Shown: positions 25,610-38,927 of the stretch, one piece after another
Layout: the number at the start of each line of letters is the position of its first letter
Position numbering within the stretch: the stretch's first letter is position 1
From: Lama glama
Lineage: Eukaryota
Direction of reading: 5' to 3'
Length of the DNA stretch: 64,000 nucleotides
Assembly: GCA_028534125.1 (NCBI GenBank)
Contig: CM052816.1
Coordinates: 6,636,001 to 6,700,000, forward strand
Made by a program: the position numbers and the translations under genes
The notes under the pieces: generated by a model
The model's input: only the letters and a program-made list of their open reading frames with translations
What the model was told of the DNA's origin: nothing
Databases searched by the model: none

Positions 25610-25880
25610 TTCTCCCCTCCTACCTCTGCTTCACGTAAGGTCTGACTCATCATTTAAATCTCAACTTAAAAAACTCCTCAAAGCCGGCTGCTCCAATCAC
25701 CATATCCTCAAATCCTGTCCTCCCTCCCCACCATTCATCTCTGTATCATTGCATTTGCTTGTTTGCTTTTCTTCACAGAATGTATCCCAATATATAATTA
25801 ATTTCTTAATATGTCTGTTTCCTTGGAGGATTTTTGTTTGTTTGTTTCCTCACCCACCAGAATAAAATAAAAGCTTCAAG
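25610..25880 (+). mobile_element. L2 fragment
   Basis: TCATTTAAATCTCAACTTAAA...TTCTTCACAGAATGTATC...CCACCAGAATAAAATAAAAGCTTCAAGAAAG. Confidence 0.55.
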
Positions 25881-26339
25881 AAAGCTAGGATAAATTCTAG
25901 TTCTATCCTTGATGGAGTAGACGATATCTGATTTAATCTTTCCTATAAAAGCTGAAAAACAGATATACAGATATAGATACAGATATAATTATTTTCAGAG
26001 ATGGGCAATAACTAGTACAAGGCTATGAACCTCAAGTGGAGGGAAGCACATAAGGTAAAACAGTCCTGTTCATGCCAGCTTTCTTCTTGAGGGCATTTTT
26101 CAAATCATGATGCAGAGAAAGAGGATTAAGCAGACAGTGGCAGTTTTGCTGAGTTGAGGGAAAAGATCACCGTTCATGGCTGGTAGGACGACTGGGATTT
26201 GAGATGCTGAGAAAGGAGAGAACAGCAGAGAAGAAGCCCAAAGATCCTTTTAAAAATCCTTCTTGGGTCCTGGGAGTGGCTGTCAGCAATTATGATGAGG
26301 ACAAACTGTAACTTTTGTAGAGATAAAATTCACTGACAT

Positions 26340-26870
26340 TTATCTACTTCTGGGTATTTATCTGAAAGAATGGGAAGCAGAATCTGAAAGAGGTATGTGC
26401 ACACCCATGTTCACTGCAGCATGATGCACAACAGCCAAGAAGTGGAAGCAATGCAGATGTCCATCAATGGATGAATGGATAAAGAAAATGTGATCTATAC
26501 ACACAATGAAACATTATTCAGTCTTAAAAAAGACGGAAGTTCCAACATATGCTGCTACATGGATGAATCTTAAGCATGTTAGGGGAAGTGAAGTAAGCTA
26601 GTACAAAAAGATAAACATTGTATGACTCCACTCTTATCTAATGTAGTCAAACTCATAGAGACCCAAAATAGGATTGCGGTGGCCAAGGGCTGGGGAAGGG
26701 AGAGGAAGAGTTGTCCTTTTATAGGGGTAGGTTTAGATTTTGCAAGATGGGAACATCCTTAGAGATCTAGTCAATATATTGAACACTACTGAACTACACA
26801 CTTAAAAAACAGTTTAAATAGTAACTGTTATATTCTGGGGCATTTTATAAACAAGTAGGTAAAAAAAATC
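26340..26870 (+). mobile_element. L1 (L1MA/MB-type) 3' end
   Basis: CACACCCATGTTCACTGCAGCA...GTCCATCAATGGATGAATGGATAAAGAAAATGTG...ACTGAACTACACACTTAAAA. Confidence 0.9.
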
Positions 26871-27894
26871 CATTGAGGTTTATAAATTGCCTCCACACAC
26901 CTCACCTCACTAACTCTTATAACAATCAATGTAAAGGAGGTGAAATAAGGAGAAGACTCAAAAATGCGTTAACTAGCCCTGGAAGTTAGTTGCAGTTAGT
27001 GGAAGAGCTAGAACTAGAACCTAGAAGATGATGATGAGACTAATAGTAACTTATTTATAAACATGTCATATATATTTATAACACTAATAATTATTCTGAC
27101 TCCCATTGCTTGACCACCTCCTCTAGGCAGATACTATACTAAGCTCTTTCCACTGAGTACTTCATTTAATCAGCAGATCTACTCTGACAAGTACTTTTAC
27201 ATGCTGATCCACCACGCTCCAGTCTCTTCCCCAGAGCCTCTGCCTCTGGTACTTTTTCATGATGACTTAACTTCTGTACTTGTGCTTCGCTGGAACTGAG
27301 ATTGCCAGTAACAGGGCTCATGAATACCATTTCTTTCATTCGTTTGTCTGGATGTGAGAAGTAAATCTGTTTCCTAGCAACTCTGTTCCCTGCATCCTCA
27401 ATTTTCCCTACACATTACCTTCCCCATGATCAACTACAAATTAGCCAAATTATGGGTAGATTTTAGTTTTCCCAGAAATGAAAGAGGCACTTGCAAATAT
27501 TTGTTCTCTTGGCATAAAGTGGCTCTGAGGACCCATGCTCACCGAGGACAAAGCAGGGAAATGGAAGTGGCCATTAATCTCGATGTGCCTGCATATTTTG
27601 GGGTCAGGTCTCCCAAGATAGTCACTTAAAGAGCCATTTCATGTAAGAACTAATGTTAACCCCAAGAGGAGTCATCGTTTTGGTTAAAAGGGAATCCCCG
27701 TGACAATAATTGCCGATGTGGTGGTTTTACTCTCAGCTCTATTGTGAAATCCCTAAATGATCCCCCCACTCCACCCCCCCAAACTTTACTATCCTGAGAC
27801 TCAGACAACTATTCAAACTGATCTGCCAAATACCCTTGTAAAAACATGAAAAAATGATATATACCAATATAAAATGCAACTAGGGACTCAATAT

Positions 27895-28235
27895 CCAGTC
27901 CCTCTCCCATTCCTGGAAGATGGGAGTGGGGATCAAAGTTTCAAGCTTCTAACTATGGTTTGATCTTTCTGGTGGCCAGCCCTCATCCTAAAGCTATTCA
28001 GGAGCCCACCAAGAACCACCACATTAAAGGAAAAGAAACCCTATCAAACAGGAAATTTCAAGGGCTTTAGGAGCTCCGTGTTAGGACCCAGGGTCAAAGA
28101 CCAAATATTAGACCAAAAGATGCTCCAAGTGATATTATCACTTAGGACAAATGCCAGGACAAGGGTTTTAGGATCTCTGTGGCAGGAACAAGGGGCAGGG
28201 GTCAATATATTTACATATATTTTCCTATTATTTCA
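27895..28235 (-). mobile_element. MER21-like LTR fragment
   Basis: TTTCAAGCTTCTAACTATGGTTTGATCTTTCTGGTGGCCAGCCC...GGAAATTTCAAGGGCTTTAGGAGCTC; similar to the 21.2-21.5 kb part of the other MER21-like LTR. Confidence 0.7.
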
Positions 28236-28865
28236 GTTTGATATCAGGAAGTATGATGCCTCCAGCTTTGTTGTTCTTTCTCAAGATTGTTTTGGCTATT
28301 CAGGATCTTTTGTGGTTCCATGTAAATTTTAGGAATGTTTATCCTATTTCTATGGAAAATGCCATCAGACTTTTGATAGGGATTGCGATTAATCCGCATT
28401 TTTGGCTGCTCCTTCTGCACTGAGCCCAGGGAGAGGAGCTGTGTGGAGTGCTTGTGTACCCATTTAACAACTGTTTCTCTGTCTTCTACAGTCCTGTGGG
28501 ACTCATGAACACAAGCCCCACTGACTCTCGGAGCTGGGTGATGCAGGGGATTGTTCCTCCCCCTTAAAAGCTGAGGTGCCAGATGTGGAGTCCAAATCCT
28601 TTGCTCCTCAGAGAGAAGCTGGGAATTGGGTGTCTCCTCCCAAATGTAAGGTGCTGTGCAAGGGATGGGGTTTACAGTAAGAAAGGGTGTGTCTCAACCT
28701 TTCCTACTCATTTTGATGTGGGTATTTTCTTAGGTGCCCGACATGTAGGATTCATTCACCTAGTTTCTGGATTTGGAACCGACTCGTGTTTAGTTATATA
28801 TTTAGTGCATCTATGCAGGGAGGGAAGTTCAGGAACCTCCTAGGTCACCATGTTGCTGAAGCCCT
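28236..28865 (-). mobile_element. L1 5' UTR-like sequence fused to an internal ORF2 segment
   Basis: Reverse strand begins CAACATGGTGACCTAGGAGGTTCCTGAAC (L1 5' start-like); 28236-28393 encodes an ORF2 AIPIK...KFTWNHK...IAKTILRKNNKAGGI segment. Confidence 0.7.
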
Positions 28866-29552
28866 CCCAAGTACTAATTATGTCAATATTTCAACAAGAG
28901 GTTTACTTTTACTTTCACCTACCCCTAAATTGAAATAGTTCTATTATTCTTTTTGGATGCTTTCAAAAAATTATTAAAGCAATCAACTGATATCTATTTA
29001 GCAAAGTATTAAACACTTGAGTAAAAGGCTACTAAAATGCCCCCAGCATCTTGAGACGTTCCCCCTCATGCTTCCTCAGAAATCCATATGTGCCCTGATT
29101 TAACAGAATTTATAATGATAAACATTGCGATTTGTAATAAATGATGAAGGTAAATTTGCTTTTCCAAAGTCAACTCTTTAAATTCAGAGCACCCTCCTTC
29201 TGCACAAAGCCATCTATTTCAAATATTAAAACTACCAGAAAAACTGAGTGGGAGAGAGAGAAAAAACTGTAACTCCCCCTGAAGACTAGCTTAGTGATCC
29301 ATGACAACAAGAGGAAAGCAGGATTTGATTTGCACAGATTTCCAGGACATGCTGCTTATTAGTAACAAACAACCCACAGAGTCTATGACTCCTGAGACTC
29401 TGGATCGAGTTTAGCTGTCTCTAACCTCATTCAGACACACTCAAGACAATCCACAGAAAATGATTTCACAGTCTTACCGTGAGCTGTTACATGTATATCC
29501 TCTTTGCATGACACAGATATCCTAATGCCAAGAGCTCTGGCCACCTCCATGT

Positions 29553-30290
29553 CTTTTTTTTTTTCCTTCCAGTTTTGTTGACATATAATTGACACACAGC
29601 ACTGAGTTTCAGTTGTACAGCATAGCGATTTGACTTAATACATCACAAAATGATCACCACAATTTAGTGGACACCCTCATCTCTGATAAATACAAAATTA
29701 AACAAATAGAAAATGTATTTTTCCTTAGGATGAGAACTCTCAGGATTGACTCCCTTGACAACTTTCATATGTAATGTACAGTGTTAATTACATTTTCATG
29801 TTGTATATTATATCCCTAGTACTTACTTACCTTGTAACTGTAAGTTTGTACCTTTTGACTGCCTTCAATAAATTCCCCCTCCCACTACTCCACTCTCACC
29901 TCTGGTGACCACAAATCTCATCTCTTTTTCTATGAGTCTGTTTTTTTTTTTGAGTATAATTGATCTATAACACTATCAGCTCCTGTTACACAACATAGTG
30001 ATTCATATCTCTATACATTTCGAAATGATCACCATGATCACCATCTCTCACCACACAAAGATATTACTTAGTTATTGATTATATTTCTCACAGCGTACAT
30101 TTCATACCCATGACTCATTAATTTTGTAACTGAAGTTTGTACCTCTTAACCTCCCTCACCTCTTTCTCTTCCCAACCCCCTCCCCTCTGACAACCACCTG
30201 TTGTTCTTTGTATTAATGACTGTTTCTGTTTAGTTATGTCTGCTTATTTGTTTTATTTTTTTTAGATTCCACATATAAGTAAAATCATCT
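29553..30290 (-). mobile_element. L1 3' UTR containing an internal repeated block
   Basis: Poly-T then TTGACATATAATTGAC; the block TGTAACTG(T)AAGTTTGTACC occurs twice; ends TTAGATTCCACATATAAGT. Confidence 0.85.
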
Positions 30291-30619
30291 TAATGTACCA
30301 ATTTCTTCTTTTTACTAAAATGCAACTGGTAGGACCCAGGACACTCATTGTGAAAGGAAAACTGAATTCTCTACCAGATTCACCAGTGTTTGCTGAGCAA
30401 AACTCTCTTCACTATATTCTGTCTTTCTTCTCCAGAACCAGAAAAAAAAAATTTTAACATGGATTTATTGGAAGTCTGATGTTAACAGTATATTTATTTA
30501 CTCATCTGTAGGAATTAATGGATGTCTAATATAATTAATCTATTGTTAGTGATTAAAGTTTTATTAAATGTTTATATGAAAATTCTAGAAATAACCAATT
30601 TAAAAACATTTATTACATC

Positions 30620-31290
30620 ACGGTGGTTAAGGATGCGGCCCCATGAGTCAGCTGTCTGGGTTTGAACCTGGGCTTGATGACTTACCAGCTGTTGTTATTC
30701 AGGGATATGACACACATCTTCCAGGGACATGACATAAATCTTCCAAGGTTTATTTTCCTCATCTTTAAATAGGAATGAAGATAGAAATAATCTTGCAAGA
30801 TCACTGTGCAAGTTAAAGATATAACTCAGGTTTGATGATTAATTTTACATGTCAATTTGACTGGGCCATGGTAAGTTGGGGTTGAGGGTGTCCAGACAGT
30901 TTGTGAAATATTATTCAAGGTATGTCTGTGACAATGTTCTGGGATGAGATTAACAACTGAATCAGTGGGCTGAGTAAAGCAGACTGTTCTCCCTAATGTG
31001 GGTGGGCCTCATCTAATCAGATGAAAGGCCTGACTAGCACAAAGCTGGAACATTGGCCTTTTGTGGCATTTAGATGTGAACTTAAACACTGGCTTTCCTG
31101 GGTCTCTAGCTTGCTAACTGCATATCTTGGGACTTCTCAACCTCCATAATTGCATGATCCAATTCCTTATAATAAATAAGCATATATATTTTTTCTGTTT
31201 CTGTGGTGACTCCTAAGTAATACACTATGTAAAACATATAGTACAATGTCAAACTCATCATAAACACATGACGGAAGTTTAACTGTTATT
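30620..31290 (+). mobile_element. MIR split by the MLT2 insertion
   Basis: GTGGTTAAG...CTGGGTTTGAACC...TTTCCTCATCTTTAAATAGG before 30830; the MIR tail resumes after 31224. Confidence 0.7.
30831..31224 (+). mobile_element. MLT2 (ERVL) LTR
   Basis: GATGATTAATTTTACATGTCAATTTGACTGGGCC...CTGAGTAAAGCAGAC...CTAATGTGGGTGGGCCTCATC...TAATACA. Confidence 0.9.
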
Positions 31291-31409
31291 ATAAATAACA
31301 AACTATACTAGGTAATGGAGGAGGCAACCATTGAAATGACTTAAAATCAAACATTTGTCTTAAGGGAACTCACAGATTAACAGGAAAGATCGAGAAGGGT
31401 ATTTACTAA

Positions 31410-31730
31410 ATGTTATTCCGTTGCTTAAAATCCTTCAATGCCAACTTATGAGCTACAGAAGAAAATGCCTGACTCCCGAGCAGGGCTTACAATCCCCTTC
31501 ATTATGTAGTCCACGCAACACCTATGCTCACTATGCTGATATGGTCTTTTCCCACCACACAGCAAACTCCCTCCTGCTCCCCCTGCCTCTACGACATGTT
31601 CTTTTCATACTCATAAAGAGCTCCCAATCATCCATCAAACTGCATCTCATATCACTTTAGGTGTTTCTCCCTGTATGTTCCCTTTAGCACCTTTCCTTCT
31701 GCTTTAAAGCACACTTCACAATATATCACC
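31410..31730 (+). mobile_element. L2 fragment
   Basis: TTGCTTAAAATCCTTCAATGCC...TCATCCATCAAACTGCATCTC. Confidence 0.6.
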
Positions 31731-32094
31731 ACTGAGGGGTTGCAAATTCTGTAGAGGTCCCAGCATGAACCCAAATCTTATCCCCATTTAGGATGCTGAC
31801 ATGTTGAAGAATTCCAGGAAGAGCAACTAGAGGGCAAATGTTAGAGTAAAGGACTCAGGACTCTCTGGGGAGAGCCCACCCTCAAAGAAGATGAAGTCTG
31901 ATACACCTGCTTGGCCCAGGAACAAAGCCTCAGGCATAGACAGGAGGGTACTCGTTATCAGGTAACTGAAAATCTAAGAAGCCAGTACTCAAGGGCTGTC
32001 ATCTTGTTTTATTGTTTCTCTTTCAGGAGAAGTACTAACTCCATTTATGCTTTCATCCCCGCCCCACCGCCATTTATGCTCTCTCTGCCCAGAC

Positions 32095-33848
32095 TTTCTT
32101 TTTTTCTTTTTAATTGAAGTGTAGTCAGTTTACAATGTTGTATCAATTTCTTGTGTATAGCAAAATAGTTTGGTCATACATATACATACATTCCTTTCCA
32201 TATTCTTTTTCATTATAGGTTACCACAAGAGATTGAATATAGTTCCCTGTGCTATATAGAAGAAACCTGCTATTTTTCTATTTTATATATAGTACTTAAT
32301 ATCTGCAAATCTTGAATTTGCAAATCACAATTTATCCTTTCCCACTCCCTTTCCTCCCTGGTCAACATAAGTTTGTTTTCTATGTCTGTGAGTGTGTTTC
32401 TGTTTTCTAAATAAGTTCATTTGCCTTTTTTTTTTTTTGATTCTACATGAGTGATATCATATGGTATTTTTCTTTCTCTTTCCAGCTTACTTCACTTAGA
32501 ATGACATTTTCCAGGGCCATCCATGTTGTTGCACATGGCATTATTTTTTATGGCTGAGCAGTAATCCATTGCATAAACATACCACAACTTCTTTATTCTA
32601 AATGTTGATGGACAGGGGGAAGGTACAGCTCGTGGTAGAGTGAGTGCTTATTATGCACAAGGTCCTGGGTTCAATCCCCAGTGCCTCCTTTAAAACTAGT
32701 AAAGGAATAAACCTAATTACCTCCCTCCAAAAAACAAAAAAAAAAAAAATAAAAATACATAAACTAAATGCTGATGGACATTTAGATTGTTTTCATGTCT
32801 TGGCTACTGTAAATAGTGCTGATATGAACACTGGGGTGCACGTATCTTTTCAAATTAAAGTTCCCTCTGGAGATATGCCCAGGAGTGGGATTGCTGAATC
32901 ATAAGATAAGTCTATTCCTAGTCTTTTGAGGAATCTCCATACTTTTTTCCATAATAGTTGCACCAAACTGCATTCTCACCAACAGTGTAGGAGGGCTCCC
33001 TTTTCTCCACACCCTCTCCAGCAGTTGTCACTTGTGTGGACTTTTGAATGATGGCCACTCTGACTGGTGTGAGGTTGATACCTCATTGTAGTTTTGATTT
33101 GCATTTCTCTGATAATTAGCTATATTGAGCATTTTTTCATGTGCTTATTAGCCATTTCTATGTCTTCATTGCAGAATTGCTTGCTTAGGTCTTCTGCCCA
33201 TTTTTGGACTGGGTTGTTCATTTTTTTTGTTATTAAGTTGTATGAGCTGTTTATATATTCTGAAAATTAAGTCCTTGTCTGTCTCACCTTTTGCAAGTAT
33301 TTTCTCCCATTCCATAGGTTGTCTTTTTGTTTTGCTTATGGTGTCCTTTGCTGTGCAAAAGCTTCTAAGTTTAATTAGGTCTCGTTTGTTTATGTTGCTT
33401 TTATTTCTATTGCCTGGGTAGACTGCCCTAGTAGGACATTGCTAAGATTTATGTCAGTTAATGGTTTGCCTATATTTTCTTCTAAGAGGTTTATAGTGTC
33501 TTCTCATATGTTTAAGTCTTTAAACCATTTTGAGTTTATTTTTGTGTATGGTGTGAGGGAGTGAGTGTTCTAACTTCAATGATTTTCATTCATTTGTCCA
33601 GTTTTCCCAACACCACTTACTGAAGAGACTGTCTTTTCTCCATTGTATATTCCTGCCTCCCTTGTCAAAGATTCATTGACCAAAAGTCTATGGGTTTATT
33701 TCTGGGCTCTCTATTCTGTTCCATTGATCCATATGTCTGTTTTTGTAGCAATACCACACTTTTTTGATTACTATAGCTCTGCAGTATTATCTGAAGTCTG
33801 GGAGGGTTATTCCTCCAGCTTCATTCATTCTCTTCAGTATTGCTTTGT
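32095..33848 (-). mobile_element. Young 5'-truncated L1 (ORF2 3' part and 3' UTR)
   Basis: Poly-T tail, then TTTAATTGAAGTGTAGTC; ORF2 C-terminal sequence; same subfamily as the L1s at 47-49.8 kb and 63-64 kb. Confidence 0.95.
32615..32763 (+). mobile_element. tRNA-derived SINE (camelid Vic-1-like) nested in L1
   Basis: GGGGAAGGTACAGCTCGTGGTAGAG (A box), GGTTCAATCCC (B box), A-rich tail; 17-bp TSD CTAAATG(T/C)TGATGGACA at 32598-32614 and 32764-32780. Confidence 0.9.
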
Positions 33849-34079
33849 CAGCCCAGAATCCCTTCTTTTAATTTCCAGAACACAGGACAGAATAAACTTG
33901 CATGGCCAATTAAGCTCATGCAAAGTTTAAATTTATCTTCTTGAAACCAGTGTGTGGGTGGTTATCTCAGCAGTGAGGAACCTACAATAAGGATTCATTC
34001 CCCATGTAGGTCAAAAAGCCCTTACAAAAAAAAAAAAAACAAAAAAAAAAAAACAACTCTTACAGCGTGGGTGTATTTA

Positions 34080-34460
34080 ATGCTAAAATGAAAGGTTTCA
34101 ATCTAAAATGGAACTGAAGGATGTGAAATGGAATTTCTTACTCATGCACCTTCAGCAGAATGTAATTTAACAGAGACTGCTTTCTCATAAATGCCTGATT
34201 TACAGAAGATCAAGACTTACCTCCTGACCAATAAACATCTACCTAGAGTCTCTTCCCATCACCAGGCCCTTACTGCCCGGACTCTGGCCAGACTTCCTCA
34301 TCTTTGCCCTTCAACACAGCTCACCCCAAACCTTCAAAAGACTCGCCTGTAGCTTTCTACAGCATGCATTTCCTGGATGGCAGTTCCTCTATTATTCCTA
34401 AATAAGCTCAATTTCTGGTAACTTGAGCTTGGCTCAGTTTACTTCTTTATTAAAGCTGAC
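34080..34460 (+). mobile_element. Probable ERV1 solo LTR
   Basis: TG start with AAAATGGA, CCAAT box, and a GCAGTTCCTCTATTATTCCTAAATAA R-region resembling the provirus LTR layout. Confidence 0.5.
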
Positions 34461-34779
34461 TCTGACAAGCGGGAGAAGATGGAGTACATGACACGAGGCA
34501 CAGAGCATCCCCTCTTTCAGAGAAACGGGTACAACCTGCCCTGCTCTTGGGATATTGCAGAAGCCTTGCCTGATGCTTTGCTACCCCAGCCCCTTCCCAC
34601 AGCTTCCACTGAAGCCGTTCAGGGCCCTGTGCAGGTTCAGACACACTTCAGAGATCAAGGACCCAAATTCTTATCAGAAGTAATCCTTAACAAAATTCAT
34701 TCTTATTCTGACATGTTCAACTTAAACACATTGGAAATTACAGAAAAACTCAGAAAGCTCCCAAATTCTCTCTAATTTA

Positions 34780-35240
34780 ATCATTCAGAGTGACATATTA
34801 TTTTAGTACATATACTTTCAGGGTTACACTCACACATACAGACACATGTACAGACACACAGAGCAGTATGATACTGAAATACTGTTGTGTGACTTGCTTT
34901 TTTCACTAACCACATCATGTGGACATTCACTGAAACAATCTTCTTCATGATTCTTACGGCTTTCAAATAGCTGAACGGAAGTATCATAATACAGTTAACC
35001 AATCTCCCTTTTGTGGATTAGCAAGTTCTTTCCACTGTTTTTGCTATTCCACTTCATCTCACAATTAATGTTCTTGAGCTATAATCCTTCTGAGCACTAG
35101 GGATTTCCTTAGGTTAAATACTCAGAAGTAGTATTTTGATCCAGAAGTAGAATGGCAGGATCAAAAATTGTGCACATCTTTCAGAATTGTGGAGCAGATT
35201 TCCAAATCTCATTGAAGGATACCTGGAGCAGAGTCTATGC
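34780..35240 (-). mobile_element. Old L1 (L1ME-like) fragment
   Basis: GACTTGCTTTTTTCACT...TTAACCAATCTCCC...TTTCCTTAGGTTAAATAC. Confidence 0.65.
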
Positions 35241-36199
35241 CCCAACCGTACATGGGACTGATACAGGAGAATTTAGGGAGTCTTAAGCTAATAGAGAGGT
35301 AACACAACATCCAGCCAGCCAGCCAACCAGGCATGCAACAAATATTTACTGACTGCATATGCTACCCATGTATGAAGAACAGAGTAGTAAAAAAGACAGA
35401 CAACCCCTGCCCTCCATGTACCCACAGTCTAGTAGGGAAATCAGCCCAGCGGTAATAATACTGATCGGTTTTGCTCTGAAACTGCTTTTACTCCAACAGT
35501 ATTAATATCCTGCCTTATTGCTGGTACTAAGCATCCTGTGCTAGAAACTGGGTTTCCTTATTTTCCCACATTAGGAGCCATGTCCTACTCTCATGAGTTC
35601 TCTTGGAGATGCTACAGGACCCTGCAACAGCAGCCAATCCTGCTGAGAGCATTTCCCTCTGTCTATGCAAGTTACTGTTGCCAGACTCCAACTGCACACT
35701 ACTTCTTTTCTGGAAAAGTAATAAAAATCATGGTCACTTTGCGCTTGACTTTATTCATGCTGTGCGGGCCCTATACGAGGCACTTAATTATTTCATTTCA
35801 TCTAAACAACAATGCTATGAGAGTGATACTGTTATTTCATTTAATGAATCAGGAACGGGAAGTTGAGTTTTTAACATGCCCATTGCCACATAGCAGAGCT
35901 GGGATGCAAATACAAGTCTCTCTTACCTGAGTTTCTCTGCACTGTACACCTGAGTCTTTGTCTAGACCCTGAGACCATGCCCTGTCCTGCCAGGCTAGAC
36001 ATTCCCCGGTCATCTATTGCTGGGTCCGCCTCCAAAGGCCTATCACACCCAGTGGGCAGCTGGGGCCTGGCACTCTCCAAACTCTACTCCTGAAAGTTCT
36101 CAGGCTGCCATGGGCAAACCCAATGCCATCCACTGCCAATAATTCCCAAAGTATGGACCAAAGATGACCAGTTTTGCAAAACAAAGGGAGGTCCTTTTT

Positions 36200-36610
36200 G
36201 AAATGAATAAGCAAAATGTGACGTGTGCCTACAATGAAAGATCACTCAGCCATGAAAAAGAATGCAGTACTGAGACATGCTACAACATGGATGAAACTCA
36301 AAGCACTGTGCAAAGTGAAATATGACAGCTGCAAAAGGGCAAATACTGGATGGTTCTATCTATCTGAGATACTTAGAGCAGACAGATCCTCAGAGACAGA
36401 AAGCAGATGAGTGATTGCCAAGGGCTTGGGAAGAGTGGGAAACGGGAGTGATTGCTTAATGGATACAGGGTCTCCCTGGAGGTGATAAAAATGTTTTGGA
36501 ACTATGCAGAGGTGAGAGTTGCAAGACACCGTGAATGTCCTGAATGCCACTGGATTGTTTACTTTAGGATAGTTAAATTTATGCCAGCTGAAGTTTTCCT
36601 TAATTTGAAA
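36200..36610 (+). mobile_element. L1 (L1MB-type) 3' end
   Basis: ACATGCTACAACATGGATGAA...AGAGACAGAAAGCAGAT...GCTTAATGGATACAGGGT...AATGCCACTGGATTG. Confidence 0.9.
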
Positions 36611-38049
36611 AGAAGGGGGGTGGGACAACAATCTACTAAGTCTAAATATTTGGGCCCCCAAATGTCCCTGTATACAAAATCCCATGTGATACTGGTGCAC
36701 ACTAATGTTGGGAAAACATTCCTAAAAATCTCCCAGGGTGGCTAAATAAGACAATCATCCAAAAGAAGCCAAATATTAATTTTTTTTCAAAGCTTGATTG
36801 TAAGAAAACAAATCCTAAAGCAAAAGTGTGGTTATGACCAGAACACGGAACTCTAAAGTGAGGGGAAATCACTGATCTGCCTAATGCCATTATTTCCAAT
36901 TAGCAAAGAATTCAGTAGGTTTGCCTGGTCCCTGCGTGTTGGTCCAGCCCAGTCACTGGGATGGGGGAAGTGAGGAAACAAAGCAAAAGCAGGGGGCAAG
37001 AAAGGAATGGTGACATATACGAAGGAAGACAAACACAAGGCCAAAGCAGGAGGGACCCTGGCTAACCGATAAGATCAGATAAAGTAATGGCATAGCTCAT
37101 GTATAGCCCTGAATGAAAACAATTGGAAATCAATGGGCTAAAAATGATAGATTCAATAAAGCCATTAAGTCAAGATGATTCCTTTTGAGGCAAATTAATT
37201 CCTCTGTGGTTACGTCCCAAGTTGCTTCCAAGACCCAATACTCTCCTGGCAAGGGGTTTGGGTGTCACAGCTCCCAATAAAGTCTTTGTCACCATCTGTC
37301 TCCTGCTACCCATTTTATCCCCGTGGGAGGGGGACTTCTCTGCTTTGGCTGTCTTCCATCAACACATTGTTCTTGCTTCAACCCCTAAGTCAAGGGTTTT
37401 CTGTTGCAAGAGAAACCACTTAATCTCACCTGCTAACAGCTACCAAGGGGCCAGGTCTCTTGTTAGTGCTGCTGCTGGGACCCTTCCCAAGGAACCGTAC
37501 GTATCAAGTCACCGTGTGTTCCCCTGCTTATGAACACAGCAGGAAAACTGACCCTGTGACAGGTGCCGTATTAAGAATATCACATGTACTTGTCTTATTT
37601 AATTCCTGCAACAGCCCTACTATGTCTGTTTAGTGGATAAGGAAACTGAGTCTTGGATGGCTTAGCAGTTGCTGGAATGTCTCAGAATCCAAAGCCTATC
37701 TTATGACCCTGTTAGACTGTCCCATGGGCCACCCCAATGGAAATCCTCCAAGACTCCAAGAAATGACTGAGTCCTATCCTGCCCACCACCCACTAGACTC
37801 AGAGAGGATATCTGAGAGCATCAGACACTCAAAGAGGAGTGAGGTTTCTCCCAGCTACAAAGTTTATGATCTGAGACACACTGACCAATAGACTTCCGCA
37901 GTACCCCGCTTTCTCACTAGCCAAAACTCTCATTAGAGCCTAGCAGGGCAGGAGGGAAGAGGGGAATGTCTCAGAGGAGCAAGTGCTAAGGACCAAGAAC
38001 CTAGACTGGCTGCAAGAACTCTCGTGCAGTACATGAAGGTAAATTAAAG

Positions 38050-38270
38050 CCACTGCTTTGGGTTTGAACAACCTAGGTCCTAATTCCCAGCTCATTTTTT
38101 AATTGGTATGACCTCTGGCAGTTGTGGCCTTGCCAAGACTCCATATTCTTATTTGTAAATTGGAGATACGTATCTCACATGGCAGTTAGGAAGAGTGAAG
38201 GGGGTAACCCACATAGGAGCATTTAGCACTTGCCTGCGTCAGAATGAATTCTTAAATGCTAGCTGCTGGT
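38050..38270 (+). mobile_element. MIR SINE
   Basis: CCTAGGTCCTAATTCCCAGCTC...ATTTGTAAATTGGAGATA...GAGCATTTAGCAC. Confidence 0.6.
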
Positions 38271-38524
38271 ATTATTCCCAAGCCCAGACCACTGCCAGGC
38301 CAATCAACACACACCCGCTGCCTTAGGCCTGCCTGGCAAACCTCAGGGTCTGTGCTCACAGAGACCTGACTATTCTTTCCAATTAACCAGTGTGCCCGCT
38401 CCCTGCCCCTCACCCCCATTACTTACACTCTCTGATCTGAGTTTACCCAGCAGCTAAACAGCTGTAACAGTATTGTCTACCTCCTAGCTTTGTGGTCTGG
38501 AATATTAAAAAGAGAAAAGGTTTT

Positions 38525-38927
38525 TAGAGATTATCATACCAAGTAAAGTAAGTCATTAAGAGAAAGATAAATACCATATGATATCACTTATATGTGGAAT
38601 CTAAAAAAAAAATGACACAAATCAACTTATTTATAAAATGGGAACAGACTCACAGATGTAAAAACCAAACTTATGGTTACCAGTGGGGAAAGCGCGGGTG
38701 GGGGTGGTGGTGGAAGCAATTGGGAGCTCAAGATTTGCAGATACTAAGTATTATATACAAAAGAGACAAACAACAAGGTCCCACAGGGAACTATTTTCAA
38801 TATCTTGTAATAACCAATAATGAAAAAGAATATGAAAGGGAATATATATATATAACCAAATCACTATACTGAACACTAGAAACTAACACAACATTGTAGA
38901 TTAACTATACTTCAATTTAAAAAAAAG
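38525..38927 (+). mobile_element. L1 3' end with poly(A)
   Basis: ATACCATATGATATCACTTATATGTGGAATCTAAAA...ACTATACTTCAATTTAAAAAAA; TSD-like AGGTTTT(T)AG flanks. Confidence 0.9.

Noticed and set aside
29553..30290. Internal direct repeat of about 300 bp
   Set aside because: It lies within an L1 3' UTR and is most likely part of that subfamily's structure.
32615..32690. Apparent tRNA gene
   Set aside because: The degenerate cloverleaf, A-rich tail and TSD show it is a SINE.
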